Below are positions 19,126-28,139 of a DNA stretch of 64,000 bases, piece by piece. The DNA comes from Acidobacteriota bacterium (lineage in GTDB: Bacteria > Acidobacteriota > Vicinamibacteria > Vicinamibacterales > 2-12-FULL-66-21). Under the pieces are notes generated by a model, which did not search any database, had not been told where the DNA came from, and saw nothing but the letters and a program-made list of their open reading frames with translations. Position 1 is the stretch's first letter, and every line of letters begins with the position of its first letter. Position numbers and translations under genes: made by a program. The stretch lies in contig JACCRT010000015.1 of the NCBI GenBank assembly GCA_013813355.1, positions 1,328 to 65,327 on the forward strand. The letters run 5' to 3'.

Positions 19126-19743
19126 ATGGCCTCAGAACTGACCGTGAAGCCAGTCCCATCGATTACCTGGGCCGATGTAGACGGACGCGAAGCGTCACTC
19201 ATCCAGCGGTGCGCCGCCGGCGACGAGGACGCCTGTTCCGAGCTCGTCAGCGAGCAGCAGCGTATGGTCTACCAGCTCTCACTCAACCTGCTGGGGGATC
19301 ACAACGAGGCGCTTGACCTGTCTCAGGAGGTGTTTCTCCGCGTCTTCCGCACCATCCAGGGCTTCCGTGGGCAATCAGCCCTCCGTACCTGGATCTATCG
19401 CATCGTGGTCAACCAGGCGCGCAACCGGCAGCGCTGGTGGCGCAGGCGGTACCGGTCGTACCAGGTGTCGCTCGACGACCATATCCGGGACCACGGGGAG
19501 CTCGCGGCGCGCGAGAATGGCGGGGCGCCTGATCGCGTGCTGAATCAGAAGCAGCTGGCCGAGAGGATCCGCTTGGCGCTGGACTGCCTGCCGTTCGATC
19601 AGAAGTCGGCGCTGGTGCTGCGCGAGATCGACGGCCTGAGCTACGAGGAAATCGGCTTTTCGCTGGGGATTGCCGTCGGCACGGTCAAGTCGCGGCTCGC
19701 CCGCGCGCGCGAGACACTTCGCGGGCACCTGAGGGACGCATGA
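19126..19743 (+). CDS. RNA polymerase ECF sigma factor
   Basis: Sigma70 region 2 (DLSQEVFLRVFRTIQGF...WIYRIVVN) and region 4 (LREIDGLSYEEIGFSLGIAVGTVKSRLARAR). Confidence 0.9.
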   Translation: MASELTVKPVPSITWADVDGREASLIQRCAAGDEDACSELVSEQQRMVYQLSLNLLGDHNEALDLSQEVFLRVFRTIQGFRGQSALRTWIYRIVVNQARNRQRWWRRRYRSYQVSLDDHIRDHGELAARENGGAPDRVLNQKQLAERIRLALDCLPFDQKSALVLREIDGLSYEEIGFSLGIAVGTVKSRLARARETLRGHLRDA

Positions 19744-20495
19744 CGCTATTGTCCTGCTCAGCCGTGCGGCGGCGTCTTCCGGCCTTCTACGACCGCGAAC
19801 TGCCGGTCCGTGAACTGATTGCAATCGAGTCGCACCTGAACGACTGCCCACCCTGCCTCCGCGACCTGCGGGCGCTTCAGCAGGTAGGGACGGCCCTGCG
19901 TCTCGCGGCGGCCCCCGGGCCGGCCGACGACTGGACGGGGCTGCAGCCTGGCGTGATCAGCCGGATGCGCGCCGAGGAACACGATTCCTGGACCGAATGG
20001 GCCAAACGCACGTTCGACGACTGGCACCTGGTCTGGATTGGCTTGGCCTCCACCTCCGCCAGCCTGCTCTGCGGCGGCATCATCCTCAGCATGTTCTACT
20101 TCGCGTCGCCGGGCTATCGGCCCGACTCACTGGCGGGATTCTTCGCCGTGCTTGCCGCGCCATCGGGGTCCGACCTCAACCCGGCGATGCTCGATAATCG
20201 CTACCGCGTCCCCACGGTCCCCTCGAACGGCGTGGTCTTCGCCGCGCTCAAGAACCGCACGATTGAGAGCGATGACATGGTCGTGCCGCTGAGCGCCATC
20301 GTACGCCGAGACGGCTGGGTCTCGGGTCTCGAGCCGATCGCCAGCGACCAGACGCCACAGGATCTCGACCGGCTGATCGCGGCGCTGTCGCGCGGGCGGC
20401 TCGAACCGGCGCAGTTCGGCGGATCGCCGGTGGCCGTGAACCTCGTGTGGCTGGTGGCGCACACGACGGTGAAGGGACACAAGGGGCGGCTGTAA
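19740..20495 (+). CDS. anti-sigma factor (zf-HC2 type, single TM)
   Basis: HLNDCPPC (H-x3-C-x2-C) near the N-terminus, one TM helix, and an ATGA overlap with the sigma gene. Confidence 0.75.
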   Translation: MTLLSCSAVRRRLPAFYDRELPVRELIAIESHLNDCPPCLRDLRALQQVGTALRLAAAPGPADDWTGLQPGVISRMRAEEHDSWTEWAKRTFDDWHLVWIGLASTSASLLCGGIILSMFYFASPGYRPDSLAGFFAVLAAPSGSDLNPAMLDNRYRVPTVPSNGVVFAALKNRTIESDDMVVPLSAIVRRDGWVSGLEPIASDQTPQDLDRLIAALSRGRLEPAQFGGSPVAVNLVWLVAHTTVKGHKGRL

Positions 20496-20502
20496 GCCGT
20501 CC

Positions 20503-22782
20503 TTATTTCGCGGTCCGGACCTCGGCGACCGCCGTCGCGATGTTGTTCATCGCATCCGTGGCGCGGATGATGACGTTGCGCGCCGACTCGCTTTCATCGA
20601 GCGTCACCTCGAACTCTTCCCGCCTCGAATCCGGGATCCCATCCTTCGGATACACCACGCGCCAGCGACTCGCATCGAGCGAGTACTCCACCCGCAGCAC
20701 CGGTGACTGGGCGTCCGTGACAACGAACTCGATCGTCGTGCGGCCGCCGGTGCGGCGGGCCGGCTGAATCTCGATCCGCGGGGGCGTGTTGTCGACGTCG
20801 AAACTGGTGCTCTCGAGTTCGCCTGCCAGCGCCGTGGCGGGGGAGTTGGACAGCGCGTCGCTGGCCGCCACCTTCACGAAATACGTGCCGTCAGGCACCG
20901 ACGTGGTGTCCCAGACGAAAATCGAATCCGAGAGCGCGCGCCGAAGCGGGCGCCAGGATGTCTCACCCTCCGCACGGTAGAACACGTCGAACTGCAGGCG
21001 ATCGTCGTTGGCATCTTCGGCGCGCCAGACAAACGTCTGGAGCCCCTTCTGGTACATCCGGCGCCCGAGCGGCGGGCTCTGCTGGACCTGTGCCTGCGCG
21101 GCCTGGTTCGGCGCCCGCCCGTCCGTGCTGTCCTCGAAGCCCGCAATCTCCATCTCGCCCGTCGAGAAGGGCCGCTGGAAGACGGTACCGGGAGGGTGAA
21201 CCGTGATGGACGTGACCTCGGGCCGCAGGTTGCGCGGCAGGTACGCGGTGGTGACCGACGTCAGAACCGGTCCTGGTGCCGCCGAACCGCTCAATACCGC
21301 CCGCCACTGTACGTAGCGGGCGTTCGGGCTCGCGATCTGCTCGCCGTCCGCGTTGGTGTACGCCTTCGACCACGCGCTCCACGTCTCGTCCGGCGTGGAC
21401 GTATTGCCGGTCCGGGTGAAGACCTCCACGCGTCCGCCGTTGACCGCCGCACGCCAGCGAATAACACCCCAGCTGGCCACGGTGCCGGCGTCGCGCACGT
21501 CCGAATCGTACGTGCCCGTTTGCGCCGGGGCCGACGACAGCGCAAAGAGCTTGCCCGGGTTGCTGGCCGCGCCGATGATCCGGCCGGACGGTTCGCGCCA
21601 CAGCGCGGTCACCTGCCGGGCGCCCGCGCGGGCCAGCAGCGTCGCACGAGCGGGCTCGCCGCTGACACGGAAAATCTTGCCTTCGCTGCCGGTCCCGACC
21701 AGCAGACTCCCGGACGGCTCAATGACGATGTCGAAGGGGGCGTCGTCGCCGGAATCCCACATCACATCCCAGAGGCCATCCGGCAGGATGCGGTAGATCG
21801 CGCCGCGGCCGGTCCGCCGAGGGCTGCGTGGCGTCGTCGGCGTCGCCGCGCCCTGCACCGGGCTGTCCACGACCGCGATGGCCGTGATCTCGGTGGAGAT
21901 GCTCGGGACGGGCTGGGTCGGTGGTTCGGGTGTGATCCGTTCGGCCGGACGATCGGCGCCGCCCGAGGCGTCGTTGACGGCGGCCGCGTAGATGATCCCG
22001 TCCGGCGCGAGGCGCACGGCATGGATCTCGCGATAAGGCGAGTCCAGCAGGACAAAACCCTTGCCGGCCTGATCGATCCGGAAGAGACGGCCGGGCGACT
22101 CGGTTCCGGCAATCAGGTCGCCGCTGGGAGCGATCGCCAGGGACACGGCATTGCTGGTGTTCGTGCTGTAGAACGGCCCCCCCTTGCCGTCAGGCGAGAT
22201 GCGATAGATGACGCCCTTGTCCCCGGTCGCCGCGAAGACGTTACCCTTCTGGTCCACCACCATGGCCCAGATGTACTTGGCACCGGGTTCGAAAAAGGTC
22301 CGCGAGGTGCCGTCGGCAGCCACGTGGTAGATGCGCCCGTCAGGCGAGGTGCCGACGTACACGTCGCCGTTCGGGGCGAGCGCCAGCGCGTGCACCGCCA
22401 GTTCCGGCGAATCGAAGAAGGTGGTCAGCGTGCCATCGGGCGCAACTTTCAGGACCTGCCCTTCGTTCCCGCTGCCGGCCCAGATCGTGCCGTCGGCGGC
22501 GGTCACGATTCGCCAGAGGAATGGAGCGGCGGTTTCAGCCAGGAGTGAAGCTGTCGGCCCGAGGAAGATCCGTCCGTCGCTGTCGATCGAGAGATCCTCG
22601 ACGTCCCCCTTCAGGAAGTCCGTCTGGGTCGCGACGGTCCAGAACGTGGGCGCTGCCGCGGCGACGCCGATCCAGGCGGCGGCCGCGAGGACGAGTGCGG
22701 TCATGGTTCCCGCAGCCGCGCGGGGGAATCTTCTCCGAACCGCCCCGGGGGCGGCCGGTTCAGGCCGAGGTGCTGTAGTCAT
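20503..22782 (-). CDS. exported beta-propeller-repeat protein with C-terminal Ig-like region (hypothetical)
   Basis: Signal-like MTALVLAAAAWIGVAAAAP and many repeated blade-like segments (..DG.IY.A....G.L.R..). The start could be 22782 or 22704. Confidence 0.6.
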   Translation of the reverse strand: MTTAPRPEPAAPGAVRRRFPRAAAGTMTALVLAAAAWIGVAAAAPTFWTVATQTDFLKGDVEDLSIDSDGRIFLGPTASLLAETAAPFLWRIVTAADGTIWAGSGNEGQVLKVAPDGTLTTFFDSPELAVHALALAPNGDVYVGTSPDGRIYHVAADGTSRTFFEPGAKYIWAMVVDQKGNVFAATGDKGVIYRISPDGKGGPFYSTNTSNAVSLAIAPSGDLIAGTESPGRLFRIDQAGKGFVLLDSPYREIHAVRLAPDGIIYAAAVNDASGGADRPAERITPEPPTQPVPSISTEITAIAVVDSPVQGAATPTTPRSPRRTGRGAIYRILPDGLWDVMWDSGDDAPFDIVIEPSGSLLVGTGSEGKIFRVSGEPARATLLARAGARQVTALWREPSGRIIGAASNPGKLFALSSAPAQTGTYDSDVRDAGTVASWGVIRWRAAVNGGRVEVFTRTGNTSTPDETWSAWSKAYTNADGEQIASPNARYVQWRAVLSGSAAPGPVLTSVTTAYLPRNLRPEVTSITVHPPGTVFQRPFSTGEMEIAGFEDSTDGRAPNQAAQAQVQQSPPLGRRMYQKGLQTFVWRAEDANDDRLQFDVFYRAEGETSWRPLRRALSDSIFVWDTTSVPDGTYFVKVAASDALSNSPATALAGELESTSFDVDNTPPRIEIQPARRTGGRTTIEFVVTDAQSPVLRVEYSLDASRWRVVYPKDGIPDSRREEFEVTLDESESARNVIIRATDAMNNIATAVAEVRTAK

Positions 22783-22825
22783 GCAAGGAAAACGTTAGCA
22801 GGTCTCGAGGGAGCAAGATTGGCAC

Positions 22826-24694
22826 TTACCGGCCGGCCGGGCCCCGGGCGTCTACCTCGATCGTCAAGGTCCGGGAGCCGCGGACGGCTGAATCCATGGT
22901 GAGTTCCCACTCGCCAACGGCGGCGTTGCGAATCGGCGTGTAGCTTCCGCCGTTGCGATCCCCCTCAAACACCGACAGCACCGACGGCGGCAGGGACGTC
23001 AGCGCTTCGCCGTTGACGACGGCGCCCGGCGTGCCCGCGAGTAACCGGACGTAGATCCGGTTGTTCCGGCGCGTGTTGTTCAGGACCCGAATGAGCTGCG
23101 CCACGCTGTCGGGCTGCATCGAGCGGCGCATCTCCCGCTGCTCGAGGGCGTTCAGCTGCTGTCCATCGGTGACCAGGATAGAGAGCGGGCCCGACACGTT
23201 GGCGGGGATGTCCACCTGGATCGTGGAAATCTTCTCTTCGCCGCGATAGCTGCGGGTGAGGATCTTGAGCGGCACCGTGCGCCCGGCGCGGGGGCGAATC
23301 TCGTCGAGCCAGACCCGCTCGATCGTGACGCTTCGCGGCACCTCGCTGGCGCTGATCGTGATGTCGAGCTCCTCGATTGTAATGGGCTCTCGCTCGTTGC
23401 CGAGCAGCATCGTGAGCGGGCCGGCCACCGCGGTCGCGACGCCGGTGGTGGCGGTGTCGCCTGTGAACACGTCTCGCAGCGCCACGTCATCGTGCCCCTT
23501 GATCCGGGTGCGGCTGCTGACCGAGAACGTGGCCGATCCGAACTGCCGTTCGTACGCCGTGATCGTATTGAACATGGCGACGTAGGTGAGCAGCGACGTG
23601 AACGTCTGATCGTTGACGACCTCGTAGGTGAACGAACGGCGGGAGGTCTGCCCGTCCCGGTCGGACTCCAGGGTCACCTTTACCGGGATCATTGTCGGCC
23701 CCTTGCCGAGCGTTCCCGCGATAGCCGTGGCGCGATCCTGCTGGACGGTGCCGACGACCTCGCCCATGGAGGAGATCTTGAACGACGACATCAGGCTGGG
23801 CAGCATGGTGTAGACATACGCCCGCGTCATCGGGAACTCGGTCGGCCCGAGGTTGAAGAAGGGGTGGCCGAACGCGTAAACACGGTCTCCGTCGATGTGC
23901 GTGATGGTTCCCGTGGCTCCCATCTCGAAATCGCCGCCCACCAGCGTGACGCCGACCGCATCCCCCTCGCGCAGCGGGCCGGTCATCCTGCGCAGTTCCT
24001 CCGACAGCTGCCCGGCGGCGCCGCCGCCTATCACGGGCGTGAAGCCAGCGTCCCGGAAGGCGGCCGACAGCAGGTCCACCGTTTCGGGCTCGAAGCCCGT
24101 CATCACGAGCGGCGTCGAGATGGGCCGCAGCATCGCGCCGAGCCGGGCCCCGGCTGCCGACGGTACGCCGATCGCCTGCACGTCAGCCGGACGTGCCGCG
24201 AAGGGCGCCAGGCGCGCATGGGCCGCGCTGAGCGCCGCGGCCAGCCCCTCGCGCGTCACCGGCAGATCGATGCGGGCCTGCTGCCCGCCACGGCGACGGG
24301 CCATCGCCGTGGCGTCCTTCATCTCGGCGATCGGCGTGATCCCCGCGATCGGCTCCTTCGAAAACGCGCCAACCGAGTACGACACCGCCCCGACAAGTCG
24401 ACCGTCGATGTAGACCGGGCTGCCGCTCATTCCCTGGGCGACGCCCGTTTCCGCGAGCGGCCCCCCTTCGAGCCGGGCCAGGATGAGATCGCGCTTTGGG
24501 CCCTGGACGTTGCGCAGGACGCCGAGCACATGGACCTGGAACTCCTCGAGTTGCGTGCCTTCGAAGACCGTCCGCCCGACCCCGACCATTCCCGGACGCA
24601 CCTCCTCGATCGGCATCAGCAACGTGGTGGCGGGCACCGGAATCCAGAGGAGCGCAGAGACAGCTAGCGCCGACAATGCAGTGCGGAAGGTCAT
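22826..24694 (-). CDS. exported protein with N-terminal SpoIVB-type (S55) serine peptidase domain
   Basis: Signal peptide, then H (QVHVLGV), D (DLILARL) and S (GMSGSPVYIDGRLVGAVSY) in chymotrypsin-fold order. GMSGSP..G.V.GAV is the S55 signature. The C-terminal ~500 aa is unassigned. Confidence 0.7.
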   Translation of the reverse strand: MTFRTALSALAVSALLWIPVPATTLLMPIEEVRPGMVGVGRTVFEGTQLEEFQVHVLGVLRNVQGPKRDLILARLEGGPLAETGVAQGMSGSPVYIDGRLVGAVSYSVGAFSKEPIAGITPIAEMKDATAMARRRGGQQARIDLPVTREGLAAALSAAHARLAPFAARPADVQAIGVPSAAGARLGAMLRPISTPLVMTGFEPETVDLLSAAFRDAGFTPVIGGGAAGQLSEELRRMTGPLREGDAVGVTLVGGDFEMGATGTITHIDGDRVYAFGHPFFNLGPTEFPMTRAYVYTMLPSLMSSFKISSMGEVVGTVQQDRATAIAGTLGKGPTMIPVKVTLESDRDGQTSRRSFTYEVVNDQTFTSLLTYVAMFNTITAYERQFGSATFSVSSRTRIKGHDDVALRDVFTGDTATTGVATAVAGPLTMLLGNEREPITIEELDITISASEVPRSVTIERVWLDEIRPRAGRTVPLKILTRSYRGEEKISTIQVDIPANVSGPLSILVTDGQQLNALEQREMRRSMQPDSVAQLIRVLNNTRRNNRIYVRLLAGTPGAVVNGEALTSLPPSVLSVFEGDRNGGSYTPIRNAAVGEWELTMDSAVRGSRTLTIEVDARGPAGR

Positions 24695-24700
24695 ACAGGT

Positions 24701-24730
24701 AGATTACGCAGCTAACTGCTTGCTGGTCAA
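24701..24730 (-). promoter_or_regulatory. sigma70-type promoter TTGACC-N18-TAATCT, with the -10 element 6 nt from ATG 24694 (leaderless-type)
   Basis: Minus-strand reading: TTGACC at 24730-24725, TAATCT at 24706-24701, then ACCTGT and ATG. Confidence 0.55.
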
Positions 24731-24749
24731 GGAGAAACAGGGACGCCGT

Positions 24750-24779
24750 TTGACAGCAGCGCTCGGGCTCTGCTATCGT
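24750..24779 (+). promoter_or_regulatory. sigma70-type promoter TTGACA-N18-TATCGT (TG at 24771-24772) for the aro/trp leader
   Basis: Perfect -35 hexamer at 24750-24755, and an extended -10-like TGCTATCGT at 24771-24779. Confidence 0.55.
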
Positions 24780-24789
24780 CACATGGATT

Positions 24790-24888
24790 TTGACGTTCCA
24801 TCACCTCCTTCGGCCGTCACCCCCGCGCTATCACGCCGGCCAGTTTGCCTGGTGGTGGTACGGGTGTGCTGAGGGGGCGGATTTCTAA
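24790..24888 (+). CDS. candidate leader peptide MTFHHLLRPSPPRYHAGQFAWWWYGCAEGADF (TTG start)
   Basis: Three consecutive TGG codons at 24850-24858 are flanked by Phe and Tyr codons. Third-position GC is higher than in the alternative ATG frame. The frame contains no ATG or GTG, so the start is uncertain. Confidence 0.4.
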   Translation: MTFHHLLRPSPPRYHAGQFAWWWYGCAEGADF

Positions 24889-24912
24889 CCTGCACGGCAG
24901 GGACGAAGACAG

Positions 24913-24949
24913 GAGCCTCCTCAGCATTCGCTGAGGGGGCTTTTTTTTT
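24913..24949 (+). terminator. intrinsic terminator (attenuator terminator) upstream of aroDE
   Basis: An 11-bp stem pairs GCCTCCTCAGC (24915-24925) with GCTGAGGGGGC (24930-24940) around loop ATTC. It is followed by T9 at 24941-24949. Confidence 0.85.
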
Positions 24950-24977
24950 GCCTCGGATCAAGAACGGATGACACGGA

Positions 24978-26471
24978 TTGGCTGAGCCGCTGCTTTGTGA
25001 AACGGTGACGGGGCGGACGATGGACGAGGTTCGGCGCGCCCGGGATTCGTCAGCCGCCGACATGGTCGAGGTGCGGCTCGACGGCGTCACACGGCCCGAC
25101 GGTTTCGGCGCCATCGAAGGCCGACGTCGCCCGGTCATCGTCACGTGCCGGCCCATCTGGGAAGGCGGATTGTTCGATGGAGCCGAAGAGGAGCGCCACC
25201 GGCTGCTCGGCGACGCATTCAGGGGAGGGGCCGAGTTCGTGGACGTCGAGGCGCAGGCGCCCTTCGTCCCCGAGATTGCCAGGATGCGCCGCGGCGATCG
25301 TGGTCTCGTGCTGTCGCGGCACTTCTTCGGCGAGGCGCCCCCCGGAAACCTCGCGGAGCTGGCCTCGGCAATGCACGCCAAGGGCGCCGAGGTCGTCAAG
25401 CTGGCCTTCGAAGCCCGGCGGCTCGTGGATCTGCTGCCGCTCATGACGCTGGCGGATACGCTGTCGCGCAACGAGTCCGGCGAGGCGGCGGGGCACGTGC
25501 TCATCGCGATGGGGGCGCCCGGTGTCACCTCGCGCATTCTCTCGAGACGACTGCACAATCGGTGGAGCTATGCCGGCGACGGCGTGGCGCCCGGCCAGGT
25601 CCCGCTGCAGCGCATGGTCGACGAGTTCCACGTCCGGCGCATCGCCGCGGATGCCGATCTGTACGGCGTCGTCGGCAATCCAGTGATGCACTCGCTCTCG
25701 CCCGCGATGCACAACGCCGGCTTCGCGGCGCTCGGAATGAATGCGGCTTACCTGCCGCTCGAGGCGGCCACCCTGGAGGACTTCGTGGCGTTTGCCGGAA
25801 GCATGCATCTGCGCGGCGCCAGCGTGACCGCGCCGTTCAAAGTCGACATGCTCCAGCACGTGCATGTGCTCGATCCGGTGGCCAGGCAGATCGGTGCGGT
25901 AAACACGATCACGATGCGCGATGGGCAGTGGGAGGGCGCCAATACCGATGTCGAAGGCTTTCTCGCGCCGCTCTCCGGTCGCCTGCGGCTCAAGGGCACA
26001 CGCGCCAGTCTGCTCGGCGCCGGTGGCGCCGCACGGGCGGTTGCCGCTGCTCTGGCGCGCGAAGGCGCACAGGTCACGGTCTGCGCCCGGCGACCCGAGG
26101 CGGCCGCGAAAGTTGCGGCACTCGCCCACGGACGTGTCTCCAGGATTCCTCCGGCCGCGGGCAGCTGGGATGTCCTGATCAACACCACCTCCTGCGGGAG
26201 CGCCGCACAACCGGGCAACCTCATGGCGGGGGAGCCCCTCACCGGCGAGATCGTCTTCGACCTCGTCTATGCACCCGCCGACACCGCGTTGCTGCAGCAC
26301 GCGCGCGCGGAAGGCTGTCTCACCATTGGCGGACTCGAGATGCTCGTCGCACAAGCCGAGCGGCAGTTCGAAATCTGGACCGGGCAGCGCCCGCCCGGCG
26401 GCCTGTTCCTGGCTGCCGCCGACAGCGCGCTCCGAGCGACCGCTCCAAAGGCCGAGGCACATACGCTGTGA
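24978..26471 (+). CDS. bifunctional 3-dehydroquinate dehydratase (type I) / shikimate 5-dehydrogenase fusion
   Basis: The N-terminal half is AroD-like (LCETVTGRTMDEV..., VVKLAFEA). The C-terminal half is AroE-like (YGVVGNPVMHSLSPAMHNAGF, LLGAGGAARAVA). The start is TTG. Confidence 0.85.
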   Translation: MAEPLLCETVTGRTMDEVRRARDSSAADMVEVRLDGVTRPDGFGAIEGRRRPVIVTCRPIWEGGLFDGAEEERHRLLGDAFRGGAEFVDVEAQAPFVPEIARMRRGDRGLVLSRHFFGEAPPGNLAELASAMHAKGAEVVKLAFEARRLVDLLPLMTLADTLSRNESGEAAGHVLIAMGAPGVTSRILSRRLHNRWSYAGDGVAPGQVPLQRMVDEFHVRRIAADADLYGVVGNPVMHSLSPAMHNAGFAALGMNAAYLPLEAATLEDFVAFAGSMHLRGASVTAPFKVDMLQHVHVLDPVARQIGAVNTITMRDGQWEGANTDVEGFLAPLSGRLRLKGTRASLLGAGGAARAVAAALAREGAQVTVCARRPEAAAKVAALAHGRVSRIPPAAGSWDVLINTTSCGSAAQPGNLMAGEPLTGEIVFDLVYAPADTALLQHARAEGCLTIGGLEMLVAQAERQFEIWTGQRPPGGLFLAAADSALRATAPKAEAHTL

Positions 26472-27964
26472 AGCAGACGACCTTCGAGGAGTTCGTGGAG
26501 CTGTCCCGGCGCGGCACGTTCGTGCCGATTGTGAAGGAAATCATGGCAGACCTGCTCACGCCGGTCTCGGCCTTCCTCAAGATCGCGGAGCATTCCGACT
26601 ACGCGTTCCTGCTTGAGAGCGTCGAGGGCGGGGAGCGGGTCGCGCGCTACTCCTTCCTGGGCAAGGACCCTTTCCTGGTGCTGCGCCAGCACGGCGGCCG
26701 CACGGTGCTGGACCGCTCGGGCGTCACGACGGAGAGTGACGAGCCCTTCGTGGCCGTGCTGCGCCGGTTGATGGCGGAGTTCCGCGCGCCGTTCGTTCCC
26801 GGCCTGCCGCGATTCACCGGCGGGGCGGTAGGCTTCGTCGGGTACGACGCCTCGCCGCTGTTCGAACCGGCACTCCGCGACGCCTTCGTGCGCGCCGCCC
26901 GGCGCGGGATCGAAGGCGCCGAGATCGAGGACGACGCCGGCTTCATGCTGTTCGATACCGTCCTGGCCTTCGATCACGTCAAGCACCGCATCCTCGTCGT
27001 CGCCAACGCCCGCATCACGCCTGACGAGGATCTCCGCGCGCTCTACCAGTTCGCCTGCGCCAAGATTCAGTTCCTCGAGGGGGAATTGCAGCGAGGGCTC
27101 TCGCAGAGCGAGCGGCGCGTCGAAGGCCTTCCGCCCATGCGGTCCAACTTCACGCAGGAAGCGTTCGAGTCGGGCGTGCGGACCATCCAGGATCGCATCG
27201 GCGCCGGCGAGATCTACCAGGCCGTACTGTCGCAGCGCTTCGAGGTGGACGTCACGGCCGATCCGTTCACAATCTACAGGGCCCTGAGGCACGTGAATCC
27301 CTCGCCGTACATGTACTTCATCCGGATGGGCGCGCTCGCCATCGTGGGCTCCTCACCCGAGATGCTCGTGCGCGTGGAAGGACCGCACGTCGAAACCCAT
27401 CCGATTGCCGGCACCCGCCCGCGGGGAACCAGCGACGAGGACGACCTGCGGCTTGCCGAGGAGTTGAAGCGCAACGAGAAGGAGCGCGCCGAACACGTCA
27501 TGCTCGTGGACCTCGGCCGCAACGACCTGGGTCGCGTCTGCGAATACGGCTCCGTCCGCGTGCCCCAGTACATGACGCTCGAGCGGTACTCGCACGTGAT
27601 GCACCTCGTCTCGCGGGTTGAAGGGAAGCTGGCCGATGACCGCGACCACCTGGACGCGCTGGTCGCATGCTTTCCCGCCGGCACCGTGTCGGGCGCGCCG
27701 AAAATCCGGGCGATGGAAACGCTGGCGGAGCTCGAGCCCACCGCCCGCGGCCTGTACGGGGGAGCCATCGGCTACATCGACTTCGCCGGCAACCTGGACT
27801 TCTGCATCGCCATCCGCACCATCACCATCCGCAAGGGCCGCGCGCACGTCCAGGCCGGCGCCGGCATCGTCGCCGACTCGAATCCGGCGGCCGAGTTCGA
27901 GGAGACCCGCGACAAGGCGCGCGCGATGCTCCACGCGCTCCAGATGGCCGAGGCGGGGCTGTGA
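26468..27964 (+). CDS. trpE: anthranilate synthase component I
   Basis: Motifs LLTPVSAFLKI, LVDLGRNDLGRV and GGAIGYIDF. The GTG start at 26468 overlaps the aroDE stop as GTGA. Confidence 0.95.
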   Translation: MKQTTFEEFVELSRRGTFVPIVKEIMADLLTPVSAFLKIAEHSDYAFLLESVEGGERVARYSFLGKDPFLVLRQHGGRTVLDRSGVTTESDEPFVAVLRRLMAEFRAPFVPGLPRFTGGAVGFVGYDASPLFEPALRDAFVRAARRGIEGAEIEDDAGFMLFDTVLAFDHVKHRILVVANARITPDEDLRALYQFACAKIQFLEGELQRGLSQSERRVEGLPPMRSNFTQEAFESGVRTIQDRIGAGEIYQAVLSQRFEVDVTADPFTIYRALRHVNPSPYMYFIRMGALAIVGSSPEMLVRVEGPHVETHPIAGTRPRGTSDEDDLRLAEELKRNEKERAEHVMLVDLGRNDLGRVCEYGSVRVPQYMTLERYSHVMHLVSRVEGKLADDRDHLDALVACFPAGTVSGAPKIRAMETLAELEPTARGLYGGAIGYIDFAGNLDFCIAIRTITIRKGRAHVQAGAGIVADSNPAAEFEETRDKARAMLHALQMAEAGL

Positions 27965-28139
27965 ACCACCCGCGTGTACGCGCGGGTGCGCCGTACCGGG
28001 CGGCTTCCGCTGTCGTCTCTTCGGACCGGAGGTCAGGCGATCGGGAGATCAGGACGCGGAACAGGCTGGGGGGCTGGCTCTCTGCCGAATGCGGTGGCGC
28101 GCCTATTCTCCAGACCTCTTCACCCCGTGTGACACAGAC

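Noticed and set aside
24783-24872. An alternative leader peptide from ATG 24783 (MDFDVPSPPSAVTPALSRRPVCLVVVRVC), which would read the TGGTGGTGG tract as Val codons.
   Set aside because: It has a canonical ATG, but only about half of its third positions are G/C, against about three quarters in the W frame. The ATG lies only 3 nt after the -10 hexamer, and a Val-rich leader makes no sense for an aro/trp operon. I keep it as the main alternative rather than fully excluding it.
24846-24880. A T-box riboswitch. The sequence TGGTGGTGGTACGGGTG resembles the T-box core GGGTGGTACCGCG.
   Set aside because: The leader is only about 165 nt. I can find no Stem I with a specifier loop presenting UGG. I also find no conserved 7-nt antiterminator bulge geometry. 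The resemblance is explained by the Trp-codon run.
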